A DNA stretch of 64,000 bases, from assembly GCF_964204645.1 (NCBI RefSeq), contig NC_134031.1, positions 9,920,001 through 9,984,000 of the forward strand, read 5' to 3'. The DNA is from Tubulanus polymorphus (taxonomy: Eukaryota; Animalia; Nemertea). Below, one piece after another: positions 13,464 to 26,670 of this stretch. Each line of letters starts with the position of its first letter. Within the stretch, counting starts at the first letter, position 1. The notes under the pieces are model-generated. The model was not told the DNA's origin. It ran no database searches and was given only the letters and a program-made list of their open reading frames with translations. The translations under genes were made by a program, and so were the position numbers.

Positions 13464-14490
13464 TTATTTATTCTTTATCGTATTCACTAATCCAAAAATA
13501 TAAGCACCAACAATTGTAATTAAAAATAAAATAATGTGTTCAGCAGCAAAACTAATAATATTTCCAGCAGATTTTATTACAAAACCAACAATTGATGCTA
13601 TAACTACGGTTAAAGCAGCAGCAGATTTTTTAGATAATTCCCATAAAAATTTTGCTAATTTTATCAAACCACCCTTAACTTTATCTTGTATAGAATTATT
13701 ACTCGGAGGTTTATCAGGTGGTTTATTAGGATTTGGCGTAAATTTCAATGAATTTAATATAGCTAAACCTATTGATGTAAATATTATAGTTACAGCAGTT
13801 ACAATTGAAAGAATTGTTATACCTTCTAACTTAAGTAATAATTTTATTCTATCGTTCAATTATATATCAGAATTTGGTTTTATTACCAAATCAATAAAAA
13901 TAACTTTTAATCTATTTGTATTATAATCATATGGTTTTAATAATAATTTCATTTCTTCTTTCAGAAATTCTATGTTATATTCTAGTTTATCAATTTCTTT
14001 TTTAAATCCAATTTCTTCAATAACTTTATTATCTCTATATAATTTTAATTTTTCGATTTCTTTAATTTCATCAGTTTTTTCTTTTTCTAAAGTTCTAATT
14101 TTAAAATCTCTTTTACTTTTTTCATGGGCAAATTTATCAGCTTTATTTCTTATACTAATAATTTCTCTAATTGCTTTATTAGAAAATATATTTAAATCTT
14201 CTAATTGTTGATCTGTTGCATCAATTAATCCATTTGGTAAAGGTTTTTCAATTCGAACTTTATTTGATTTAAGTTTAGTAGTTATGGAAGTTATATTCTG
14301 TTCAGAAGTTGTTTCTGTTTCTGATTTTTTTTTAATTATTAAAAGTCATCAATTCTTTGGCTAAAATCATTTAAATTATAATCTCTTTCTGCTTTTGTAA
14401 CATCAGTTATTTTATTACTATTACTTATTCTTCTAATTCTACCTGGATCTAAATCACTCAAAGTTGATTTTGCTAATATTTTATTTTGTC
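13464..14490 (-). pseudogene. Coiled-coil/C-terminal hydrophobic protein fragment
   Basis: The 131-aa ORF DRIKLLLKLEGITILS...AAEHIILFL plus upstream coiled-coil match 55293-56317. Confidence 0.8.
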
Positions 14491-14579
14491 TCAAATTATT
14501 TTTTCAAACTGTTCACCAATACCTTGCAATTTACCATGCGTTCTAAAATCGGAACTAATATCTATATTAAATTCATTAC

Positions 14580-15072
14580 ATATTTTTTAAAACTTAGAAA
14601 GTTTAATATTGTTATCCAATTCTTTAAAATATTTCGATTCAGGTAGAGGACATTCTAATTCATTTAATATAATTCTAATTTGAAAATACGTGTGTAATCT
14701 AAATATTGTATAAATAAATTTTAAATCTGAATAAGACAAATTGTTATATAAATTATTCAAGTGATCATTCCAACTTATACCACACCCTGTTGTTGCACAA
14801 TAAACAGCAAAATCTAATTTATTCTGCCAATATTTCATATTAGATTTTATTTTATATATATTATATTCATCTCGAGTAAAAGTAACTTCATTGTATTAAA
14901 TATATTTTCCATTCTAGACATAAACAACTTTTTATTTCAGTATCATAAATTTCTAAATTATATAATGAAAGCAAAACTACATTTTTATATGTTATGATAC
15001 TAATAAAATCTATAGGTGGAATATTATATTTATAATTGAATTATTATATTGGAAAGCTTTTGCAAACCCCAT
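14580..15072 (-). pseudogene. Fragment of the conserved 450-aa Polinton protein
   Basis: KYWQNKLDFAVYCATTGCGISWNDHLN. Confidence 0.85.
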
Positions 15073-15090
15073 TTATATAATGAAAAAATT

Positions 15091-15511
15091 AATAATTCAT
15101 TAATTCTTTCAATAATTTATCTTGTTCTTCAATTGTTATACTACCATTTAAACTAATAATATAATCTAATGTATTTTTTAATTTATTAATTTCTTTTATA
15201 TTAGATTTTATTTTTTCTTTATTACTTTTTATATTCAATTTTGAGCTTATTCCGGTTAATACACTAGAACTTAATCCTAAAACGCCAATTGATAGAGCTA
15301 AAGGTGTTAATGGACTGAATATTGCTAAAAATATTATTACAGAACTAATTGCAACTGAACCACTAATAATAAAATAATATATAATTTTAGATTTTAAATA
15401 TTTTTTCTTTTCACTTTCAAATTCTAATATTTGTTTTTCTAAATATATTTTTAATTTAGTTTAATTTATATCATGAGGAATAATATTAATATTATCAACT
15501 TTATCAACCAT
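15091..15511 (-). pseudogene. Two-TM coiled-coil small protein (homolog of 58195-58620)
   Basis: IIPHDIN...SGSVAISSVIIFLAIFSPLTPLALSIGVLGLSSSVLTGISSK. Confidence 0.75.
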
Positions 15512-16004
15512 TTATTTAGCAAAAAAATTATTTATAAGTAAATTTATATTCTACAAATATAACAATAATTGTTCCACCTAAAATCCAAATTATTTCATAT
15601 TTTTGTTATCAATATGCCTAAATAAATAACTACCACCCACCAGTAAATGCTAAAGCGTTAATAATTGCGTTCCTATAATAGTTATAATTGCAGATAAAAA
15701 TTATATAACCCTGGTTTTAGATAAAGATGATGCCTTTTATTTTTTTCCTGAACCATAAACAATCTATGTTCAATAGTTTTATCGGATACATTCTAAAAAG
15801 AATTACATAAACTAATATTTACTTATCTACACAATTTCTAAATTCTCTACGTAATTGTACTAGTAAATTATGTGATTTATAATTCAATAGTTTTCTAGAA
15901 TCAACATATATTCTATATTCGTTTAATTCACCCATTATTTATAATACACAAACAGTTATCTCGAACTACTAAAAAATAGTTTTAATAAAATTTTTCCTTA
16001 GTAA

Positions 16005-17296
16005 ATGGTAGAGAAGATACCATGTGAAATTTGTGGTAAATTGCAAGCTAAAAGTCACATAGCTAGACAAATGAAAAAAACATGATGAAAATTATAAACC
16101 CCCTAAAATAAACTGCCCAAATTGTAATAAAACATTATCTAGAAATTATTTCAAAAAACATTCAGAGAAGTGTAAAAATAATGACTTAATAGTTAATGTT
16201 GATAGTTGAAAGTAATAATAATTCTGATGAAGTTGAACCTGAAATTATTTGGAAAAGACCTTTCTTATTCTATGATAAGAATGATACAAAAGATCATTTC
16301 TGTGAGCATTGTCGAATAAGATATGGCCTGAAAATATAGAAGATCGGGAGAATCATCAATTTAATGAAGTACATTTAAATAAACTTTCTACTAAATTTGA
16401 AAAAGAATTTGATGAAAGAAAAAATAATCTATTAGAAAAAATAAAATATGAGCGTAACCAGATAATAAAGAAACACTTGAAAAGTTAGAAAAACAATATA
16501 ATGAATTAGCAAGAAAAACATATTATTGTAAATATTATACATTGATTATTATAACAAGTAATTCAAATCTACATAATAGAACAATATAACATAAAGAAAA
16601 CGTAAGAAAATACCAAGAACTTAACGAACATCTATTACCGAGATTTGATAGAAAAAAATGCCCACAATGAATTTATGAGTACTTAAGACAAGACGATTCT
16701 GTGGTATTTTGTAATGAATGTGGATGGCAAATTAATTTATGGGGTGACGAAAAGATTTTCTTATAGAGCCAAAATTAAAATATCTAGATGAAATTTTTAA
16801 AATATTTTCTATAGAAGATCATACACCGGAATATAAGCAATGGCTTGAAAAAATGAAAATGATAGAAAATAAAAATGGTAAAATAACTAAGAAAGATATA
16901 ATAAAAAGAATTATTCCGTCAACACAAAAGAAAAGAAAATGTATTTATATTTATTATTTAACGATTATTATAAAAAAACCTAAATTAACAGAAGATATGG
17001 AAAATATAAAAGAAACATTCACAAACATATTAACATATTATGTGGTTGATAAAATAACAGATACAATTAATTGTGAATTCTTTTTGAATAAGATTGTAAA
17101 TTTTTTAAACATCGATATTATAATTCCATTTGATGAATTAATAGACAAAAAGAAACAAAGAGAGCGAGATGAAATGTGGCACAATATAGAACTTTATTTA
17201 AATGAGAAAAATGAAATGGAAGAACCTAAACAATTAAACGAAAATGAAGAAGCCAATAGTGATTTCGAGTATGATGATATTGATTTTATGTTTTAA
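16005..17296 (+). pseudogene. Multi-zinc-finger Polinton accessory protein
   Basis: MVEKIPCEICGK...H, CPNCNK...KHSEKC and further CxxC pairs; frameshifted. Homolog at 40846-42890 (minus). Confidence 0.65.
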
Positions 17297-17875
17297 TAAC
17301 CACAAGGTAATGTTTTTATTCCATCATTCAAAATATATCTTTTATCATCGAATGGATTTAAGCTAGTTTTTTCAACTTCATTAATATACATCTCGTGATC
17401 TTCTGATCTTAAACAATTCATTTTATGTTTCATTACTATTGTGTTATATAAACACTTTATATAATCTTGAAATTCTATATGTTTATCAACCACATGCTTT
17501 GTTATTCCTTTTAACTTTTAGCTTCATGATCTTTTGTTCTACAACTATACATTTTACTTCTTATCCCAACAAATTCAATCATTTCATCACCCCCTAGTTC
17601 ATCTTTAACTTTACCAGGTCACTTTTTATTATCATTGCTAAATAATTCACGATCTTTGAATGATCTATGGATAATTGCTTAAGTCAAAATGATGTTTTAA
17701 TGTTTTTAAGTCTTTTGTTATGTTATTTGTCTTTATTTTTAGTACGTAAGGATCTGTATTCTTTAGGATTAATGGAAATCCACAATTAAATGTTCCATCT
17801 TCAGTTGATAAATCATAAACGCCTTAAGTATTAAAACAATTTGTTTAGATTTAATTAATTCAATATTCATATTAA

Positions 17876-18069
17876 CCCTTTCAGTGCTGACTAATCAATA
17901 CCCTATAGTGCTGGAGATGATTTGAAAATTTTGAAACATTCCGCCCTAGAGTGTTGAATAACGGGAATACCACTAATTACTAATTACACCAATACCCCGC
18001 AGTGCGGTGTACTAGCAAAATCCATCACCGATTTATAAACCGCACTGCGGTACAGATGCACTGAAAGGG
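17876..18069. mobile_element. piggyBac-like MITE (194 bp) inside the intein
   Basis: TTAA-CCCTTTCAGTGC...GCACTGAAAGGG-TTAA; removing it restores the reading SLGF-NMNIE. Confidence 0.85.
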
Positions 18070-18754
18070 TTAAAACCTAATGAATTGCATAATATATTTA
18101 ACCCAATTGCACATTTTCCTTTCTGTGCAAATGAAATGGTTTTTGTTTTTGTAAATTGTTTAGCACCATCTGCAGCATAGAATCGTATAAACCACCCATT
18201 TTCTTAAATTATATTTTGCGTTTAATACATAATCCGGCACTATCTTTTCTTTGGTTGAAGTATTACTTTTAACTATTGCATGAATATAGAATTCATCATT
18301 ATATTTTATAGCAAAATCTTTTAGAATATTTACGAGTATGCTATAAACTGCTGATGATTTCATATGATCCATGATTCTAAATGTTTTATTTCAGTAAACT
18401 TCTTGATAATATTTCTTTATTCTTTCTAATAATTTCAAATCTTGATTACATAAATATCAACAATATTTATTGTATCTAATAAATTTATGCACACCTGCTG
18501 AACCATCTCCCATGAAAAATCCTTTGATAAAATATTCTTTTTCTTCTAATGTTTCAGGTTCTATGTTATAGATATTACTAATTATTTCATCAAATGACAA
18601 ATAATTCATTCTTGGTTAAAATCTGTTATGTAATAATTCATCTCCAATATTTTTATCAGTTGCTTTTATTTCATCACCATTTTGTTTAATTAAACTGTGA
18701 TCTTCAGTTACATATACAAACCCTGATTTAGTTCTAACTCTATAAATATTTTTA

Positions 18755-20027
18755 TTATGGTCGATGACCATATAGGGATCGTCGCTGGTAAAAATTCTGC
18801 CGTTCACCGAACAACACCCGTAGTATCTCTACTGCCATGGATATAGTCCCATAATGCTGTATCGATAAAGAACTGATAATCCAATAAAAAGTTGTCTGTA
18901 ACGCGTCATTTGCCTATATGAATGATCCTAGCTATGCCTGTTGTACCAAAGGTACCAAATTCGTGATGAATTATGGAAAGTTTTGAGGCACACGAAGGGC
19001 TCACCATATCAGTGAATTGTCTATATCAGTTTTACTCAGCAATGAAGTATCATCCCCATCACTATCCTCACAGGTGCTCGCGTACTAATACATTTGTAAG
19101 TAGTTCATAGATGCTGCCCAGTTCGTGGTTTACGCTGTCAGGAAGAGTATCGGTAAGGTGGTCTCTGCGGTGTAAGTCATTCACTAGCCCGGATTTTATT
19201 TCTTGAAAGCACTGCTAGCGAAGGATTTTCTTCAAGTAATGAAAATTACCAGTAATGCCAGCCGGTAGTGAGTTATACTATAGTACTTGTAATAGTAGAC
19301 TAAAAGTTCAGTGCTGTATACACATAGCGAGACAAGCGGCTGTGTCCCGCCTCGTATAAACACAGGCCGACTCAGATTGACTGACGAAAGATAAACTATT
19401 CGGCGCGCGGTACTAGAAAAAAAAGATATAGTGAGATAAGCAGGGCTTCCGTGATCATTAAAAAATGTCCGTTCTCTTTATTTGGAAAAAATTGTACAAG
19501 CGTATCTATGCCAGGTTAAGCACATCAGGCGTCAAGCCCAAGGCAAAGGGGAAAGTTAGATGATTTTTAGAGCCATTTTAAGTGCATTCCTATGTTACCA
19601 TGTGGTCTTTGGTTAATAAAATTTACCACTAGCAGTAGTGCCTGTCACATGAACTTCATTCATTGAAGCATCATACGCACAGAGAACACAGTTTCATTGG
19701 TTAACGCGTGGACTATTCCATTATGGGAAATAGGGTGGGTAGGATGTCTGGGACGCATATTAATATTGTAAAAGATCGTTTATATTGAAAGAAACTAAAA
19801 TAAGAACACTTTTCTTAAAAAGTGTCTTTAGAAAAAAAATAATCAGTTTATTTTCACAATTCCTCAAAGAATTTTTCAGGACTTTGAGAAAATAGGACCA
19901 CTTTTGTCTGGGGGAAAAAGTCCATAATGGTTAAAAGAAACCCTAGAAACACGTCAATTGCTTTCACTAAAACTGATATCTCCTCATTCACTGTCTTCGA
20001 CCATATGGACCTTATGGTCCTCTTGTT
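18755..20027 (+). mobile_element. HINE-like element family C, copy 1, inside the intein
   Basis: 5' TATGGTCGATGACCATA hairpin; 3' subTIR TCGACCATA + GGACCTTATGGTCC hairpin + TCTTGTT. Removing it rejoins HKA-NKNIYRV. Inverted copy at 34235-35589. Confidence 0.85.
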
Positions 20028-23000
20028 GCTTTATGACTTATAATATTTCTTAATTTTTTTCCATCCATTTTTTGTCCAAACATCCATTAATTCATTTATT
20101 TGTATTAACTCTTTTTCACCATATGGAATATATTTAATATATAATTTCATTTTGTTTTGGAATTATTTCTGAAATTCTTCTTATTAATATTTTATTATAG
20201 TATTTTGATAATATAGGAGTATCACCTGTTACAGAATCAAAATATAATATTTCAATATGTCTTTCCCCAAAAAGTGGCTGTAAAACATGATAATAAAAAT
20301 CATACGTTAATAATTTTGATACTTCTAAAACAGTTGAACCAATGAATATACGTTTATTAAATTTCATTGGCGTTCTTTTTAATTTTACTGCTGTTAGATT
20401 ATCTTCAAATCTTTTATTTCCTAAGTGTCTATGACTAGACTGTAAATGTCTAAGTCGTTCAGAATTATTTACTAATTCAATATCATATCTATGTCTAATA
20501 TTTTCTCATGTTTTTCCATAAAAACTATTATTCATTAATTCAAAAAGATCTTTTTCAAAATTTGTTTTAGATATTGTTGTCTGTTGAGTATTGAAATCTA
20601 TATATTTTTCTAACCACTTCGATTGATTAAATTCAATATATCTATGTACTTTCTTTAATTTCATTCCTTGTTTTAGATGAAATTTTAACATTCTATGATG
20701 AACAATATACTTATATTTATTATTTTGTGTTAATATTAATTTTCCTGTAAAAACATGGTCTTCCAGTTTTATTTTTTCTGATATTCACTTAAATAACTAT
20801 CATCTACGGCTAAATGTTCTGAGCAATATGGTTAGTTTCTTGTTTTAAATTTTATATTTTCAGGATATTCTAAATCAACAACAAAGAAATAACCAATTAG
20901 AGCATCATCTTCTAAACTCATAATTGCGCTTTCCCAATTTGTTTTATCATCATTTTACAACTTCTGTTAATATAAAATTTTCTTATTGTTGTGGTTGCAT
21001 CATTGCCCAACCATATAAATCATTAGCGTCGATATACAATAATTTGTATTCATCATTTGCTTTAAAATACCTACCTCCCATAACACCACTAATTCCACCT
21101 CTAATTGATTTTTCAAATAATAAAACCATGTCTGGTTCTTTTAATAAATCTAATTCTACATTTTTATATTTTAAACCACATTGCCAGGTTAAACCAGGAC
21201 TTGAATAACAATAACAAGGATCAACATTAAAATAATTCAAATTAACTTCTCTTAATTTTTCAAATATATCAGCCAATATCATAACATCTGATTTTAAGTA
21301 TAAATCTTCTAATTCACCATGATTTTTTATCTTAAGATGATTCCAAATATTTAATGTTCTATTAAAAACTTCATCTTTCACATACTCCTCTTTTAATCGA
21401 TCATTAAATTGATCTTTTAATAATTTTGTTACATTAAAATCATCATGTGTTTTATAAAATGAATAAGGAATTGCGCCTTTATATCTCAATAATTTAAAAT
21501 CTTGTTCATTTGGAAAATAATATCGAGTTATTACAAAATCATTATCAACTAAACTTTTAGCTAAATTATCTAATGAGCTTGCTAAAAATCTATAAGAAAC
21601 TTAAAATCTAATGCAACCAAATTGAAATAAAATATAATTTTCAGATGTTTTAGCTAATAGTTTAAAATCATATTTTCTTACATTCAAATCATTTATAGCA
21701 TTATATTCTTCTATTTCTTCATTAATTGTGCCTCCTAATTTTCCTGATAATTGTTTTATAAATAGATGAGTATCATAGCCTGATAAATTATGAAATAATA
21801 TCGGTACGAAATTTACTTTTTTAGCTTGTAAATTAGAATCTTCATGAGCAGCTCCATGATATTTTGAATTTAAATGATCATGATCTCTTACTTTTTTGTC
21901 AAATGAATAAAAACGTTTTTCACAATAACAACAATGAGTTGCATAATTGAAATCAATTTCATCTTCTTTTGTCATAACTATTCTTTTATTTTCTTTATTA
22001 ATTGTGCAATTCAATTATTTTATTACAAAATTCATTTACTACATCTTGACCTCTAAAAGAAATATATTGACTTTCATATAATTCAGGATGATTTGATTTT
22101 ATATAAATTCCATAAGCAGCAGCTCTTTGATGAACTTTTTAAATTGTGTTTATGATTGGTGGGTCTTGAATTATGTGTTCATTTAATTCATTTCCTTTGT
22201 CCATTGATTTTAAAAATTGCTTCTTGTTATATATTTCTTTTCTATCTTGATCAGTTAATTCTTAATTCAACGATTCAAAATCCCCATAAATTACAAATGG
22301 TACTATATTCTTAAATTTATGATTAGTAAATTTTAATTTATAATCTTTTTCTGTTGGCATTATTAATTTGCAAAAATCTTTATTATCACATCAGTCTTTA
22401 TGTTTTGATAATGCATTCTCAGTCTTAAAATTAGATAAACATTTTCTACATAGATAAATTTTACGATGATGATCCCTTTCTGTTCTAGAGAATAAATCAA
22501 TTTGTTTTAACCACATATAATGTTCATTTCCATCTTTTTTATAGTATAATAAATCTATAACATTTTCATCATCATAATATTCTGTTAAACATAAAGCTTC
22601 CAATGTATAATCTTTAATATTTTCACCTTTTGTATCTGGTAATTGCATTAATTCGAATACATTAATTTTTTAAATTATTAACTTTCTATTTTAGGAATCA
22701 TCTTTATAGTTACTGGATATTGATCAATTTTATATAATGTTTCATATTTCCGATAATCTGTTATTCAAAAAACATTTTCCTGAGTTGGGTGTAAACAACT
22801 AACTAACTAACAATAATTGCCCACAGAAAACATTTGTTGTCTTCATTTTGAACATTAATAATTGCCTTTGATAAAAATGGTAATTTAATATATCTTGATG
22901 TTTTAATATCCTTTTCTGTTTTAAAGTTTGAATCCTTCTTAAACATTTTATTACTTTTTGATGTTTTATTGCCTTTTGTACTATAAACATTTAAATCTAA

Positions 23001-23175
23001 AAATATAATTTCATTCAATGTTAAACTAGAACCCTCAAAATATTTAAATTCATTAAATATTTTTTCTAATTTCTCTTTTATTTGTGTTTTTGAAATTATT
23101 TCTTCAGAGTGTGTTTGAATATTATAATCCATTTTTACTTCTGATTTTATAAAACTTACTTTTCCAGAAATACTA

Positions 23176-23440
23176 ATTTTTGGATATTCAACATCTGTTA
23201 CAAGGTCCATTATTTGTTTCATTATTTCAATATATTTGCTATAGTCTTCTATTGTTGCTCCTTTAAAAATCTAAATATAATAGCTGCAAGACCAATTTAA
23301 CTACGTAATTTTTGGATATTCAACATCTGTTACAAGGTCCATTATTTGTTTCATTATTTCAATATATTTGCTATAGTCTTCTATTGTTGCTCCTTTAAAA
23401 AATCTAAATATAATAGCTGCAGGACCAATTAAACTACGTA
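23176..23440. repeat. About 132-bp tandem duplication in the polB 5' region
   Basis: AATTTTTGGATATTCAACATCTG...GACCAATT.AACTACGT occurs twice; MKQIMDLVTDVEYPKI appears in two ORFs. Confidence 0.9.
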
Positions 23441-25073
23441 ATGTTTCTAAAATTTCAATTGTATCTTTTATTTCTAGAGTATCAATATACTTTCTATCAT
23501 TTTCCATGTAAAGTTTATTTGAAATAGATTCAGTTTTTGAAGCTGGTTTTTTACTTGTTGAGGTTTATCATCAAAATATTCTGTTCCTAAAATATTTTTA
23601 TTTAAATTTTGTTGGTGTTTCAAGATGTCTTTTATAATTCCTTTTTGCTATAAATTCATTATAAACTTCACATATTATTTCATCCACATTCATATTTTCT
23701 AATCGTTCTTTTCTTTCATTGAATCTTTCTGGAGTTTCAAAATCTATAACATTTTTTTTTGTGATTTGCAGTTTTTTCATGTCGAGATTTTTTAGATTTA
23801 TCGATGAATTTTTTACAATATGTACAATAATATCTATATTCATTAACATCATTGTTTTAACATCACAAATTTTTTACCTTTGGTCTTTTTTACATGGAAA
23901 CAATATCGCAAAAAAATCATCTACGTTGCGCACGGGAAATTTGTCTAATAGCGTAGATTTCAAGAATTAATTCTAAAATTATAACTTCGTAATCACTTAT
24001 AGTCACTATTAGAATGAATGGCAGCTTATTGGAACACTGCCAGTCTCCTGGAAACTTAAACTAGGCCAAATGTCAAGGCATGTTTTCACACGATGCACAC
24101 TAGAATTCAAATATACGTAGCTCATAGTCGGTCGGCCATTTTTATCAAAAATAAAATTTATTTCAATGAATCCCAGAAAAAAAGTTTTCACTCGGTACCT
24201 ATGAAGTCGGGTTGGTCGGGTTACGGCAAACAGACCATTATTTTGGGATGGCCTAAAATTCATATGATCTCACATATCAGAGGGTGGCTGAATATTGGGT
24301 CTTGGAAACCTCTTCCAATGTTGGCCACGGAAGCTAAAATACCGTACAGAAGAAATCGGCTATTAGATCGTTTAAGGTCCTTGAATTTGCCACTACAATA
24401 TTCAGACCTCGACAGACCTTATAGTTTGCTGCTTACTATTTTCAGGTCACAAGAAATTACAATTCATTAAAAATTCTATCGAACAGAAAACACAGCGCTC
24501 ATCTTCTGCTACGATTATTCAGCCTATTTTCATGTCAAACGTTCACGCGTTACAGCATCACCGTAGTGTACCGTACGAGCTTGTGTGTGTGAGGCCTCGT
24601 GTAAGTGAATATTCGCTTACACCTCCATGTCAATCAAAACAATCACCGGGTATTAAAATGAAACAATACCTATGGCTGATGAGTGAAATAATTATATCCT
24701 CACCAGCAATGAGCATTTGAAATCGGCACGATTACGGCACCTAGTCCAATGAAACGTACGCCATTCTATGGCTTTCCCATAATTATTTTAGTAGCGCCGG
24801 AATTCCTAAAAACAGCCAATCCCATTCGCTCGTAGAGACGACGCCCCCAATCGAGGTCATTGCAATTTTATACGCGAGAGCTAAGAATTTTCCCGCCAAA
24901 AACAGTTTTTCGTAGAATTTTCACTCAGTTGACCATGTCATCGACGGAGGTTCGCCATCGATTATATGTCGTTTAAGCCGAGAACCAATGAAACAAATGC
25001 TCACATAAAAAACGTACCGCGATTTTACATGAATTGGCTCAATGCCAACATCATATCGCTGACAAACGTAAAC

Positions 25074-25639
25074 CAAAAAAGCAAAAAAAAATTTAATTCA
25101 TTTAACAATATTTCTATTTTGAATCAATTAAATATATCACTACTTTTGTCTATCTATGAGGAGCAATTAAATTGCCCAGATAAGTCATTTCGGATTCTTA
25201 ATATTTAATTAATTTTATTATCAATTTATTTTTTTAATCAATTTCTAAATCATGATGACCGTCTTCATTTTTTCCATGATAGATTATTTTAAATCCTTCT
25301 AAATCTTTTAATTCCTCTTTACTCAAGGAAACCCATTTATCAGGTAAAAATACTTAAAATTCTCGCGTTGTACTAACATTACAGTAATTTAAATTTGCTG
25401 ATACTTTCTCTCCATATTTAGTTTTTATCTTTTCTAATTCCAATATTTTATGTTCAATTTCTTTTGTAACATCGACTTACTTTTTTATTTCAAATTGTTT
25501 TTCTGCTGGTTTTATTCTGTTATTTATTGTTGCTACGAATATTTTTCCATATCTGGGAGATAAAAAAATTACTTGTGGTAGCGAGTGGTGTGTTTACTCC
25601 ACGACCTCTGATCTGAACCCACATTTATCAATTACTACT
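25074..25639 (-). mobile_element. Polinton terminal fragment (OB-fold-like ORF remnant + terminus)
   Basis: Aligns with 6215-6820; ends in CAATTACTACT. Confidence 0.8.
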
Positions 25640-26587
25640 AATTTGCATACATTACTGTATACTCCTGATTAGTAAATCCCTAACAGAAACCACTTTTCTG
25701 ATTGAATGTTATTTATGCTAGCCATTGGCTGGACGTAGTGATTCGTGCAAATCCAAATATTATGTTTTCCAGATGGAAGGCGTTTTCATTGTGTCATATT
25801 CATAAAAAGCGTTTCCTCTTTTAAATTTCATGGGAAATTAGAACCTAAAAAGTTGTACGTGTTTTTGTGTGAAAATCTGATCTAAGAATATTTACCCAGG
25901 TCGCAGTCCTTGGGTTGAACTGCTCTAATTTGATTTGTTAACGCCCAGATTTTTAACAGCTACATATGATTGCATTTCAAGTCTTATGTTAGTAAAATTT
26001 TGATTCAGTTTTATGAGCACTAAAATTTAATTGTAGCGGTAAAAATCTGTATAAGGCCACGTTAAATGTTTTGAACGAAGATTTGTTTCTTTCATTCAGG
26101 ATGGTGCTATTGGAAAACGTCTAGCTAATCATGATGACGGGCTGACGCTTGATGTATTGAAAAATGACCTGCACGACCAAGAGCGTCATGCATTAATCGC
26201 TAATGATATAAGTACTCCAGTTCGTCGCACAAGCAGCACCCGGAGAGGTTCAACTTTTAAAATCGTTCTACCGAGTATACTCAATACAAGAAAACAAAAT
26301 ATCACATTTCATCCTTTAGAATTCGCATTACGACCCTTGGAGGATATCGAAGACGTTAGAGAGCACTCGTCATCGGTCGGTCGAAGAGCAACAATTTTTT
26401 AGCAGTACAAATGATTGACGTATCCCGGACCAATAAACGGACCAATGGACCAGTGGCTCACAAAAATTTTTACTAACTTTAAAATATTCTTTGAACCCGG
26501 TAAAGGACATTCCAATTCATCTAATATAATTCTAAATTGAAAGTATGTATGAAACCTAAATATTGTATGAATTAATTTTAAACCAGA

Positions 26588-26670
26588 AATATAGCTGCGT
26601 AGCAGCGATAACGGGTTTCTGCCTAATTAATTCATATGTCGAACTGGGAAGCGTACGAAGATTTCATCGA
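26588..26670 (-). mobile_element. 3' end of a HINE family A relative
   Basis: AAATATAGCTGCGTAGCAGCGATAACGGGTTTCTGCC matches 2349-2385; inner extent unknown. Confidence 0.6.

Larger units (their letters stand above)
17758..20235 (-). mobile_element. Intein with LAGLIDADG homing endonuclease at the Pol-c site of polB (decayed; ~1.0 kb net after removing two TE insertions)
   Basis: YFD|SVTGDTPIL (block A), VWTKNGWKKI, IYRVRTKSGFVYVTEDHSL (block B), FIKGFFMGDGS (block C), FYAADG (block E), GLNILCNSLGF (block H), VYDLSTEDGTFNCG (block F), LILKN|TD (block G, Thr +1). Confidence 0.93.
17293..23900 (-). pseudogene. polB: Protein-primed family B DNA polymerase (Polinton polB), copy 1, with intein
   Basis: YGDFES, RDHDHL, FHNLSGYD, YLKSDVMIL, YIDANDLYGWAM, LMNNSFYGK, YFD|TD and LNPFDDKR motifs in order; many frameshifts; 5' end approximate. 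Confidence 0.95.
13199..23950 (-). mobile_element. Decayed Polinton segment 3 (lineage A): MCP 5' part, membrane genes, penton remnant, zinc-finger gene and intein-containing polB
   Basis: Ordered homologs of the segment 8 genes with internal deletions; boundaries are set by loss of similarity. Confidence 0.9.

Noticed and set aside
18755-20027. Crypton-type element suggested by TATGG(TC) direct repeats at both ends
   Set aside because: The repeats are arms of terminal hairpins and subTIRs, and the element extends to TCTTGTT like the other HINE-type ends here; no tyrosine recombinase is present.
17758-20235. Hedgehog-type Hint domain or spliceosomal/group I intron as the explanation for the polB insertion
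   Set aside because: The insert begins and ends in frame at the catalytic motif with Ser...Asn|Thr and embeds LAGLIDADG motifs between splicing blocks. That is intein architecture, and it lacks GT-AG ends.
24000-25070. Host exons in the more GC-rich spacers (also 25640-27580, 29680-30970, 37980-39500)
   Set aside because: Short ORFs with no recognisable domain or consistent splice pattern; most likely unclassified repeats. A repeat-library search is needed.
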